Part shown: positions 36,619 through 45,171 of the stretch, piece by piece
Layout of the letters: each line of letters opens with the position of its first letter
Numbering within the stretch: the stretch's first letter is position 1
Source of the DNA: a virus
Taxonomy: Duplodnaviria; Caudoviricetes
Length of the DNA: 54,565 nucleotides
Reading direction: 5' to 3' (one strand)
Virus record (IMG/VR): IMGVR_UViG_3300001844_000164
Location: 1 to 54,565 of that record
Program-made: the position numbers and the translations under genes
The notes under the pieces: generated by a model
What the model was told of the DNA's origin: nothing
Databases searched by the model: none
Seen by the model: only the letters and a program-made list of their open reading frames with translations

Positions 36619-37413
36619 ATGGCGATCACCACGCTAGACGGCGCGGTGGCGGGGATGAGCGCCCCGCAGCCGTTCATCAAGATCGGAGCGGCCACGGTCG
36701 CCGGCCGATTCTATTCGCCGTTCTACGTCACGGGATTTCCCGGCGCTGCGACCGCGCCGGCTCCCGGCATCGCCGGCGCCGCGCTGACGACCTACGCCGG
36801 CCAACTGCCGTTCAGCAATCCAATCACCGGCAACTCGTACCTCGCCCGCTTCTCGGCCAACTCCAGCGCGACCGGGAGGCTCATGCTCTGCGACCGCCTA
36901 TGGCACAATAGCGGCATCGCGACCAACTCGACCGCGGCGCAGACAATTAACTCGGCCGCGTGGCCGGCGCGGGACTCGAACGGAACGGTGAACGGAGAAG
37001 ACGTGCTGATCGGTGTCGAAATCGTGACTGCGACGACCAACACGTCGAACTGCACGATGACCTACACCAATTCCGCCGGCACGGCGGCGAGGACGTCGAT
37101 AGCTGTCTCGGTCGCGTCCGCTGGCTCCGCCGGAAACTTCTTCCCGCTATCGCTTGCCGCCGGCGACACCGGCGTGCGCTCGATCCAGACCGTGACCTTC
37201 GCCACGCAGCTCGGCGGTGGCTCCGTCTCGCTCGTCGCCTACCGCATCCTTTCCGAGATCGACGTGTTCACCGCCAACGTCGGCGCGGTGCAGGATATGT
37301 TTGGGTGCGGGTTCCCGCGGCTCTACGACAACACGGTGCCGTTTCTGCTATTCCTCCCGGCAACGACGACGGCCCCGACGCTCGTCGGCTCCATCTCGTA
37401 CTCGCAGGGATAA
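36619..37413 (+). CDS. Hypothetical beta-rich virion protein
   Basis: LMLCDRLWHNSG and LAAGDTGVRSIQ motifs; within the second fibre cassette. Confidence 0.75.
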   Translation: MAITTLDGAVAGMSAPQPFIKIGAATVAGRFYSPFYVTGFPGAATAPAPGIAGAALTTYAGQLPFSNPITGNSYLARFSANSSATGRLMLCDRLWHNSGIATNSTAAQTINSAAWPARDSNGTVNGEDVLIGVEIVTATTNTSNCTMTYTNSAGTAARTSIAVSVASAGSAGNFFPLSLAAGDTGVRSIQTVTFATQLGGGSVSLVAYRILSEIDVFTANVGAVQDMFGCGFPRLYDNTVPFLLFLPATTTAPTLVGSISYSQG

Positions 37414-37421
37414 CCTGACCC

Positions 37422-39341
37422 GTGGCCTCCGCGGGCACAGGTAGGTTCCCAAACCACGGCCGGCTGCAACGGCCGAGCCTGACGAAGCAGACGCCGGACG
37501 GCGCGCTAGCGGTCGCGGCCAACACCTTTTTCTTCGGGGCGTCGACTCCCGCGGTCAACGTCACCGCATCGGTCAGCGGAGTTCAGGGAGCCGGATCGTT
37601 TGGCGTCGTTGACGCTCTTGGAAGTGCCGTATCCACGGTAACAGGACAAAGCGGAGCGGGAGCGGTGGGTGCGGTAACGGCGATAGCTGTCTCCAACGTG
37701 ACTGCGACCGTCACCGGGCAATCCGCCACCGGGTTCTACGGTCCTGTTCAAGTCACCATCGGCGCGACGGGTGACGCACCCGGGCAGGTTGCCCTGGGTG
37801 TGGTCGGCCCGGTCACCGTGGCGATCGCGGTCGATGTTTCGGTTCCTGGTCAGCAGGGTTCCGGGCAAGTCGGGTCTCCGTCGGTCTTCTTCGGGTCGAC
37901 CACGACTGTTTCTGGTCAGGTCGGAACCGGCCAGGTCGGCACCGTCAGCGTCGGCTCCGGAATCACCGTCGATGTCACCGGCCAGGTCGGAACCGGCCAG
38001 GTCGGCTCCGTCAGCATCACCGCCACCGTTTCGGTCACGGCCTCGGTGTCCGGAGTTTTCGGTCACGGCCAGGTCGGGACGATCGGGACGACCGGGGGAG
38101 TATCGACCATCCCCACCGGCCAGCAGGGAACCGGCCAGGTCGGGACCCCGACCATCTCCGCCGCCGCCACCACCGACGTTGTCGGCCGGCAGGGGACCGG
38201 CCAGGTCGGCACACTCTCCGTCACCGCGCAGCAGCAGGTCACGGCCCCGGTCACCGGCCTGGAAGCGGCCGGGCAGACCGGGGCCCTGGCAGTCTCGGCC
38301 TCGTCCAGCGCGAGCATTACCGGCCAGCAGGGCGCCGGGCAAACGGGTTCCCTGACCGTATTTGCCCAGGTCTATGTCACCACCACCCCCGCGGGTGTGG
38401 AGGGCCTAGGATTGGTCGGAACGGCGGCTGGCAGGGGCTTCGCGGTCGCCACCCCGGCGGGCGTGACGGGCCTGGGCGAGGTCGGGACCGTGGACGCCTC
38501 GGGCGACTTGATCGCCCGGCCTTCCGGCGTGTCTGGAGCCGGCCAAGTCGGCCAGGCGTCGGTCTCGATCGACATGTGTTACGGGCCCGCCGGCGTCCAG
38601 GCGGTGGGCGAGGTCGGAGCGGTGGCGATTTCGGCCGGCATGTGCTACGGGCCAGCCGGCATCGAGGCGGTGGGCGAGGTCGGCACGGTCGATGTCAGCC
38701 CGGATGCCTCGGCCCAGGGCGTCGAGGGGATCGGCCTGGTCGGCCTGGTCAACCTCAAGGCGGACGGTTGCGCTCCGCTCGATTCCGGAGTGGTCGCCCT
38801 GGGCGTGGTGGGCCACGCCACGATCGCGATCGACATGTGCTACGGGCCCGCCGGCGTCGAGGCGGTAGGCGAGGTCGGCACGGTCGGGTTCATTCTTTCC
38901 TCCGAGGTCGAGATCGACGGCATCCACGCAAACGGGCTGCTCGGTTTCCCCCGCATCCGGACGACCGGGGTGTATTCAGTCTCCGGCGTCGCCGGCGCCG
39001 GCCAGGTCGGGTCGGTCTACGCCGCCCAGGACCGCAGCGTGGTCGTCACGTTCCCGGGCCAGAGCCGCGAGGCCCAGGTCGGTTTCCTCCAGGTCATCAT
39101 CGGAGAGACCCAGAAGATGGACGACGGTCCTCCGGTGCGCGGGCGCCGGAACTCGACGACCTGGATGAAGGGCGTCTCGGCCTCGGCCAAAGCCGGCCGC
39201 CCGAGGTCAGGGGCCGGCAGCGGCGCTTCGTTTGCGGGCCAGGCTGGCGTGGTCCTCTCCGGGCGGCCGCGGATCTTCGCGATCCAGAATCCGACCGAGC
39301 AGCAGCTCGAGGAAGCGATGGCGCTTCTGTTCGACGAATAA
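37422..39341 (+). CDS. Gly/Val/Thr-rich repeat protein (~20-aa period), putative filament
   Basis: Recurrent VxGxxGxGQVGTV units over ~530 aa; GTG start uncertain. Confidence 0.75.
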   Translation: MASAGTGRFPNHGRLQRPSLTKQTPDGALAVAANTFFFGASTPAVNVTASVSGVQGAGSFGVVDALGSAVSTVTGQSGAGAVGAVTAIAVSNVTATVTGQSATGFYGPVQVTIGATGDAPGQVALGVVGPVTVAIAVDVSVPGQQGSGQVGSPSVFFGSTTTVSGQVGTGQVGTVSVGSGITVDVTGQVGTGQVGSVSITATVSVTASVSGVFGHGQVGTIGTTGGVSTIPTGQQGTGQVGTPTISAAATTDVVGRQGTGQVGTLSVTAQQQVTAPVTGLEAAGQTGALAVSASSSASITGQQGAGQTGSLTVFAQVYVTTTPAGVEGLGLVGTAAGRGFAVATPAGVTGLGEVGTVDASGDLIARPSGVSGAGQVGQASVSIDMCYGPAGVQAVGEVGAVAISAGMCYGPAGIEAVGEVGTVDVSPDASAQGVEGIGLVGLVNLKADGCAPLDSGVVALGVVGHATIAIDMCYGPAGVEAVGEVGTVGFILSSEVEIDGIHANGLLGFPRIRTTGVYSVSGVAGAGQVGSVYAAQDRSVVVTFPGQSREAQVGFLQVIIGETQKMDDGPPVRGRRNSTTWMKGVSASAKAGRPRSGAGSGASFAGQAGVVLSGRPRIFAIQNPTEQQLEEAMALLFDE

Positions 39342-39368
39342 AAAAGCCCCGGATTTCTCCGGGGCTTC
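39340..39368. terminator. Terminator between convergent late and early arms
   Basis: aagccccgga-tttc-tccggggctt, with an A-run giving a U-tract on the minus strand. Confidence 0.85.
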
Positions 39369-39370
39369 GA

Positions 39371-39538
39371 CTACTTCTTCGCCTCTTTGAGGATCGCCTC
39401 AATCACGATGTCGGATTGCGACTTGAGCCTCATCGCGGCGAGGGTTTTGAGGATGACGCCCACCCGGACGGGGACCCGGACGCACAGCGGGATGCGGGGT
39501 CCGAGTTCCGGGTTTTTGAGCGGTCGGCCTTTCCTCAC
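39371..39538 (-). CDS. Small ribbon-helix-helix-like regulator (55 aa)
   Basis: GTGA overlap with the DUF932 stop; GRP...PLCVRVP...LKTLAA...SQSDIVIEAI. Confidence 0.65.
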   Translation of the reverse strand: MRKGRPLKNPELGPRIPLCVRVPVRVGVILKTLAAMRLKSQSDIVIEAILKEAKK

Positions 39539-40353
39539 GCAAGCACCTCCTGACCGGAGGCGACCGACTCCGCGAGGTTCCAGAGCGACGTGTTGATCCG
39601 CTCGTTCGCGGCGATGCCGGTGATCTTCCGGATGCGGCGGGTGCTGCGCTCGGCGGTCGGGTTGCCCTGGTCGTCGAGACGAGCGAAAGAGGCGTTGAAG
39701 CCACCGCGGACGAGGCGCTCCTGGACGACGTTGAACGTCGTCCAAAGGCTGCGGTTCATGTCCGACACGCGAAGCGGGGTGACGAGCTGCTGCGCGTTGA
39801 CCTCCGGGCCGTTGGTCGGCCAGCGGTAAGCGACGCCGCGGGTGGCGAACGCGAGCTGCTGCGCGGGCGAGAGCTCGATTTCCCGCCAGAGGTCGACGCG
39901 ACTGATGACTTTGTCGAAGTTAGCCCGGAGCTCGCGGGCGCCGGCGACCACGCGGTTTTCGAGGTCACCGCCGCGGTGGTAAAACACCCCGCCCGCGACC
40001 TTGATGCCGGCGTAGAGCTGGTTGGTGCATGCGAAGCGGAGGAAGCCCGCGATGAGACGCACGGCGCTGCCGCCATCCGAGCTGTTCGCGAGGCGCACAA
40101 GCGGGCGCCCCTCGGCATGGTGAGGCAAAGCCGGGTGCGTCAGCGCGATTTCGTGGCGGTTGTGCTCAAGGGACTCGCGCTTGCGCCCGCGGGTCTGCTT
40201 CGCGTCGGTTACCTGCCAACCGTCCTGCTGGAGCGCGTCGAGGACGTGCGCCGTCGTGACGTGGGCGTAGGACGCGGACAGCGAGCTGTCCGGCGTGATT
40301 GAGAAAGCCGCGGGCGCGAGCTCGCGGACTTGAGCGGTGGTGATCGTGTTCAT
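39535..40353 (-). CDS. DUF932/DUF945 family protein
   Basis: APAAF...S.SY.HV.T...NSSDG.S...AG.LRFACTN...SLWTTFNVVQE.L.RGG...IN.SLW. Confidence 0.85.
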   Translation of the reverse strand: MNTITTAQVRELAPAAFSITPDSSLSASYAHVTTAHVLDALQQDGWQVTDAKQTRGRKRESLEHNRHEIALTHPALPHHAEGRPLVRLANSSDGGSAVRLIAGFLRFACTNQLYAGIKVAGGVFYHRGGDLENRVVAGARELRANFDKVISRVDLWREIELSPAQQLAFATRGVAYRWPTNGPEVNAQQLVTPLRVSDMNRSLWTTFNVVQERLVRGGFNASFARLDDQGNPTAERSTRRIRKITGIAANERINTSLWNLAESVASGQEVLA

Positions 40354-40408
40354 GGTAGGGATGACGCCGACCACCGTGAGAGCGTTTTTTACAAACGCAA
40401 TACATATT

Positions 40409-40599
40409 TCGCGATACCAGGCTCGCGATACCAGCAGCGCCGCTTACCCAGCGTTACGCGCGCATTCCGGCAGCCAGGGCCTGGAGAATTTCATAGGTAA
40501 GTGGACACCAGCAGACACCTGGAAACATGTCTCTCGGTCCAAGAAATACTACGGGGCGCAGAGCTAAATTTGGCGCTTGATACCAGGGTGCGATACCAC
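40409..40599. promoter_or_regulatory. Putative attP region with integrase arm-type repeats
   Basis: TCGCGATACCAG at 40409 and 40423, TGATACCAG at 40578, GCGATACCAC at 40590, directly upstream of int. Confidence 0.6.
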
Positions 40600-40611
40600 C
40601 TGACTGGACGT

Positions 40612-41802
40612 GTGAGCACAATCCCTACCAAAACCAGGACAGAGTGGACAAAGACAGGCACCATCGGCCTCTACCAGAGGTACTGCGGGACCTATTACTC
40701 CCGCTATTCGATCAACGGCGCGCGGACCTTCCGCTCGCTCAAGACTGACGTCTACACCGTCGCCAAGCTCCGGCACGCCCGGCGCACGGGCGACGTCGAA
40801 ACCGCTCGCCAGAAGGGCGTTACCATCGACGCGGATCTCCGCACCCTGGGCGCCCTGGCCGCCGCCCTGGAGGCGGAGGTGGCCAGCTCCCAGGCCGCGC
40901 CGGCCACGAAAACCGGCTACCGCAACTGGATCGCGAGGCTCCGGGAGAACTGGCAGGGCGACTTCGAGACCGCCCAGGCGAGGCTGGTATCACGCGATAC
41001 CATCTCCGAACTGCGCCAGTTTTTGCTCACCAAGGCGCCCCGCCGCAAGCAGCCGGACCGCTGCGGCTACAAGCCCGCGGTCGTGAACCAGACCCTCACC
41101 GCCCTGCGCCTCATGCTCGAGATCGCGGTGCGCCACCACGTCATCCTCCAGAACCCGTTCAGCGACGGCACGGCGATCCGGCAGTCAGTCTACCTGCCGG
41201 CCGACACCAGGCGCCCGGAGATCCCGGAGAACGCGGTCATGGAACGGATCTTCGCCGAAATGGCGCGCGTCCCGGACGCCGAGAACTACGACGACCTCAC
41301 GCTCAAGTTCTTCCAGTCTTGCGCGGAGAATTCGGCCGAGCATGCGCGCTTCCTGGCCTACTCCGGCCTCCGGCTGTCGGAGGCCCAGGCCGCGACCTGG
41401 GACGACGTCAAGGGTGACTGGCTGGTCGTCCGCGGGACCAAGACCGAGACGAGCGCCCGCCGGGTGCCCATCGTTCCCGCGCTCCGGGCGCTCCTGGACC
41501 AGATCAAGACCAAGCGCATCGCCGGCCCGATCCTGGGCGTGAAAACGTCCATCGACGCCATGCAGCGGGCGTGCGCCCGCCTTGGGCTGCCGCCGCTGCG
41601 CCATCACGACCTGCGGCACTTCTTCGCCACGGCGTGCATCGAAAGCGGCGTCGACATCCCGACCGTCGCCGACTGGCTCGGCCACGCGGACGGCGGAACG
41701 CTGCTGATGCGGACCTACCGCCACCTGCGGTCCAAGCACTCGCTCGACGCGGCGCAGAAGCTCACCTTTGGGCTGCCGCCCGCTCAATCGAAGAGCGCGT
41801 GA
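40612..41802 (+). CDS. int: Tyrosine integrase
   Basis: AYSGLRLSEA, GTKT, HDLRHFFAT, LGH and downstream Y catalytic motifs; GTG40612 start inferred. Confidence 0.93.
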   Translation: MSTIPTKTRTEWTKTGTIGLYQRYCGTYYSRYSINGARTFRSLKTDVYTVAKLRHARRTGDVETARQKGVTIDADLRTLGALAAALEAEVASSQAAPATKTGYRNWIARLRENWQGDFETAQARLVSRDTISELRQFLLTKAPRRKQPDRCGYKPAVVNQTLTALRLMLEIAVRHHVILQNPFSDGTAIRQSVYLPADTRRPEIPENAVMERIFAEMARVPDAENYDDLTLKFFQSCAENSAEHARFLAYSGLRLSEAQAATWDDVKGDWLVVRGTKTETSARRVPIVPALRALLDQIKTKRIAGPILGVKTSIDAMQRACARLGLPPLRHHDLRHFFATACIESGVDIPTVADWLGHADGGTLLMRTYRHLRSKHSLDAAQKLTFGLPPAQSKSA

Positions 41803-42064
41803 TGAGCACGCGGCTCGTTCCTGGCACGCGGTCGAGCTGACCGACCGCGAGCCAGTTGTAAATCGTGGCCCGCGACACTCCGCCCAGGAGTTCGCGGGCT
41901 TTTTTTATCGGCACCGCAAGCTGCTCGGGAGCCGGCGCCGGCGACGGGCCCTCGAGGCCGCCGTGGCACGCCTGGGCGACGGAGAGAGCGTCCTCCTCGC
42001 TCACCGCATCGAACCAGATGCGGATGAGGCGGCCGCGGCAGGGGACAAGCGCCGAGTAGTTCAT
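41762..42064 (-). CDS. Excisionase-like HTH protein
   Basis: AVPIKKARELLGGVSRATIYNWL..GQL...RVLITRSSI; convergent with and overlapping int. Confidence 0.75.
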   Translation of the reverse strand: MNYSALVPCRGRLIRIWFDAVSEEDALSVAQACHGGLEGPSPAPAPEQLAVPIKKARELLGGVSRATIYNWLAVGQLDRVPGTSRVLITRSSIERAAAQR

Positions 42065-42249
42065 GTGTGTACGATCACGCCGACGCGGAGGCACGCCCAG
42101 ACCAGGCCGAGCGTCATGTCCACGCGGATACAGCGGACGGCCTTTTCGCCGCGCAGGATGTAGTCGTACTGGGAGCCGAGCATGATGCCGAGGCGGATGT
42201 CGATCGGCTCGTTGCCCCAGGTGAAAACGAATTGTGGGATGAATCTCAT
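42061..42249 (-). CDS. Hypothetical protein (62 aa)
   Basis: ATGA overlaps at both ends. Confidence 0.6.
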   Translation of the reverse strand: MRFIPQFVFTWGNEPIDIRLGIMLGSQYDYILRGEKAVRCIRVDMTLGLVWACLRVGVIVHT

Positions 42250-44381
42250 AGTTCCTCCGGTCGCATGATCTTGAATCCCCGTTTCTGGTTGTTGCGGTGC
42301 AGAGACAGCCAGGGGACCTGCTGCTCGCACAGATGGTTGAGCTGCTGCTTGACGTGGTTGCGGATGTCAGCGACCCGCGGTAGCTGGGCGCGCACGACAT
42401 CGTTCGCCTGGATCTCTGACACCAGGTCAGAGGCGGTCCCAAACCAGTACTGCTCCTTGTCCTTCGCTTGCCGGAAGTACTGGACGCGCCAGGTGTCCAG
42501 CGTCTCGCGGAGTGCGGCCGCCGGCGATGCGTCCGAGGCAATGTCCATCATTTCCGGGTGCAGCCAGGAGTCGTGCCCGAACCTCCAGACCTCGTCCTGC
42601 TTCGACAGCAGCCATTCCGGCGTCTTCCAGCCGGCCATGAAGTCGGCGAATGCCTGGCGCTCGCGGGCCACCGTCTCCTCGCAGCCGGAAAAATCGGTCG
42701 AGGTCTTCCGGGCGAGGAGAATGACCAGCTTGTCGCGGATCGATCCCTCGATCGACGGCAGCATCTGGACAGAGGTCGCGTCCGAGTTGAGCGTGACGAT
42801 CAACCGGCCGTTGAACCGGTGGGTTACCGCTTTCCGGAATTTGGGATGAAACTCCTGGTACGGGTTCGCGACCAGTTTCTTGACCGCGGCCGAGTACTGC
42901 TGATGCCGCTTGCGCTCGCTCGCTGCCGCCGCGTCGTCGACCGACCAGACGGGCGCGTGGAAGAGCTGCTCATTGAACCCGGAGTGCCCCAGGATAAAAG
43001 AGGTGGCCTCCTGGTGCCCTCCCATAAGCCCGCCAATGACGTGCTGCGAGAGGAACGTCTTGCCGGCCGAGACGTCGCCGCAGATGAAAAGCGCGTGCCC
43101 TTTGCGGGGCTTTCCAACCCTTGCCGTGTTGTAGAAGCGGCCGAGCCAACTCAATAGCACGTCTAGCTGCTGGCGGTCAAATAGCCCGCCAAGATACTGC
43201 GCGAGCCAGGGAAATCCGTCGCCCCATTCCCGGACCTGGCCCGTGGTCGGGTGCGGCTTCACGCGCGAGATGTTGAGGTACTTGGAATTGTTGTCGTGAA
43301 CAACCTCCTCGGGGAGGAAGATGCACGGGAAAGCACCGTCGACGCGGCGCGTGTTCTCGATCGCAGAAAGGGCGCTGGCTACTTCAGAAGTGGCGCTGCG
43401 CCGGGTATCGTTGGAAAGCCCGTGGTCGGTCTGCAACCGCCGGCCCATCTGATTACCAGCGAACGCTTGCCAGATCCCCGAGGCGTCCTTCTCCCAGTAG
43501 AGCTGGCCGTCGTAGTAGATCGCGTTGATGGCTCCGCCAATCTTGTTGGCGCGGTACTCGGCGACGAACTGGGCGCCCAGCACTTCCGCCCAGGGCATGA
43601 ATTTCGCCTCGCCCGTCCATGCCTGGACTCCGGTGGCCCGCAACGTGCATCCGGTGGGGTTATCCGCCTTCGGGTCCCAGAACCGAACGCCCTTGGCCCC
43701 TTCGAGGAACGGGCCGGGCCAGCGGCCGGGCCAGCGGCGGTCGACCTCGGCGGCCACCGCTTCCATCGGGACCACCGGGCCGTCGACCTTCCACTTCGCC
43801 TTCTCGCTCGCGTCGCAGAGCGCCGCCATCACCAGGTTCGCCGGCAACCTGGCGTCGCCCCAAGGCTGCCGCCAGTTGGTCCCCAGCTCGTAAGGCGTGT
43901 GAGGATTGTTCCAGGCCACTTCGTCGAGCCCGGGAAGGTGGTCCTTCACTTTGAGCTCCTTCGCCATCGCGACCTTGAACTTGCCCATGACCTCCGCGGA
44001 AAACGCGGGAACCGGGCGCTCGAAGACCCAGATCAACCGGGCTTTTCCCGAGAACGTAGTCGTAACCCAGGTAGGAGCGCGACCGGCGCTGAACTTCAGC
44101 TTGGCCAGCTCGGCGTTGATCGCCTCCGGCATGCCGTCGTAGTCGGCGATCAACCCGTGCATGTACTTGATCGGGTTCTGCCCGCTCGACCGCTGCGCCG
44201 GAAATTCCGGCTCGGCGAGCGTGTAGAAAACGTGCTCGGTGCTCGCGTCGTGGCACCACTTCGCGAACTCGTCCTTCGCCGCAAACTGCGGGCGCGTAGA
44301 CAAGGACGGGAGCGACGCCAGCTCCGCCTTGAACAGCTCGGACGAGCTGTGGTTCCTGATGTAGAAGGCGACGGGGTTCAC
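42246..44381 (-). CDS. Primase-helicase (N-terminal primase-like, C-terminal P-loop DUF5906/SF3-like)
   Basis: IADYD and TFSG..RLIW N-terminal motifs; GDVSAGKT Walker A, SVDD Walker B, IVTLN. Confidence 0.8.
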   Translation of the reverse strand: MNPVAFYIRNHSSSELFKAELASLPSLSTRPQFAAKDEFAKWCHDASTEHVFYTLAEPEFPAQRSSGQNPIKYMHGLIADYDGMPEAINAELAKLKFSAGRAPTWVTTTFSGKARLIWVFERPVPAFSAEVMGKFKVAMAKELKVKDHLPGLDEVAWNNPHTPYELGTNWRQPWGDARLPANLVMAALCDASEKAKWKVDGPVVPMEAVAAEVDRRWPGRWPGPFLEGAKGVRFWDPKADNPTGCTLRATGVQAWTGEAKFMPWAEVLGAQFVAEYRANKIGGAINAIYYDGQLYWEKDASGIWQAFAGNQMGRRLQTDHGLSNDTRRSATSEVASALSAIENTRRVDGAFPCIFLPEEVVHDNNSKYLNISRVKPHPTTGQVREWGDGFPWLAQYLGGLFDRQQLDVLLSWLGRFYNTARVGKPRKGHALFICGDVSAGKTFLSQHVIGGLMGGHQEATSFILGHSGFNEQLFHAPVWSVDDAAAASERKRHQQYSAAVKKLVANPYQEFHPKFRKAVTHRFNGRLIVTLNSDATSVQMLPSIEGSIRDKLVILLARKTSTDFSGCEETVARERQAFADFMAGWKTPEWLLSKQDEVWRFGHDSWLHPEMMDIASDASPAAALRETLDTWRVQYFRQAKDKEQYWFGTASDLVSEIQANDVVRAQLPRVADIRNHVKQQLNHLCEQQVPWLSLHRNNQKRGFKIMRPEEL

Positions 44382-44797
44382 GGCATCTTGATCGGTTCGA
44401 TGGTGATCGTGCGCCCGGCGGTGGTGACGCTCGGCTTAACCCCCTGACGGTACGGCAGGTCGTTCAGCGCCGCGGGCAGCCGACCAGCGGCAATCTCCCC
44501 TTCGGTCCAGTCCATCGCGGCGGCGTTCCAAAGGATCGCGCCCATGTGGTCCTCGGACGTGTCGCCCTCCGCCCAGGCCAGGATGTGGCGCAGGAGCGAG
44601 TCCTGGTAGTGCGACAAAGCGATGCCCTTCATCCAATTGTTCCGCGAGTACTTCCTGGCGCCGTCTTCAAAGCGGCGCGCAATCCGCCGCAACGAGCACG
44701 GCGGGATTGCGTGGAAATGACCCTTTCCCACCGAGGCGTCGCGAACAGCCCCGGTCCCGTACTCGGTACGGCTTCCTGTGTCTGGTAGTGAGTTCAT
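44378..44797 (-). CDS. dATP/dGTP diphosphohydrolase domain protein (DUF5664)
   Basis: TGAVRD...KG....IP...GARKY..NNW.KG...SLLRH...EDH...ILWNA. Confidence 0.85.
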   Translation of the reverse strand: MNSLPDTGSRTEYGTGAVRDASVGKGHFHAIPPCSLRRIARRFEDGARKYSRNNWMKGIALSHYQDSLLRHILAWAEGDTSEDHMGAILWNAAAMDWTEGEIAAGRLPAALNDLPYRQGVKPSVTTAGRTITIEPIKMP

Positions 44798-45171
44798 CGA
44801 GAGAAAATTTCCCAGCCGGCACGGTGGTGCAGCGTGCTCAAGGCAAGATTCACGTTGGTGCGGTGCCGCGTGCTTTTTGGGAGAAACGCCCATCGCCCGG
44901 CGGTGGTGACCCAAACGGCCAGCACGTCGAAATTGGGTGAGGTGCGGGTGTTGCGTTTAACGGAGATGCGGCAGTACGCCTTCCCTCCCATCGGGTGCGG
45001 GTTGCACCCCTTCACCTGGACGCGGTAGAGGCGTTTGCCTGTGTCGACGATCGCGTCGTAGCCGGGCGCCGAGGAAAACGGTACGCTCACCAGGAACCCC
45101 TTCGCCTGGGCGTCCATGACGAAGCGGGCCTCCGTCTCGCGGCCGAAATCCAGATGCTTGGCGGTGGTCAT
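44794..45171 (-). CDS. PD-(D/E)XK endonuclease (homing-endonuclease-like, PDDEXK_5 type)
   Basis: G..TE..F...G..VS.P....YDAIVD.....RVQVK...FDVLAV. Confidence 0.8.
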   Translation of the reverse strand: MTTAKHLDFGRETEARFVMDAQAKGFLVSVPFSSAPGYDAIVDTGKRLYRVQVKGCNPHPMGGKAYCRISVKRNTRTSPNFDVLAVWVTTAGRWAFLPKSTRHRTNVNLALSTLHHRAGWEIFSR

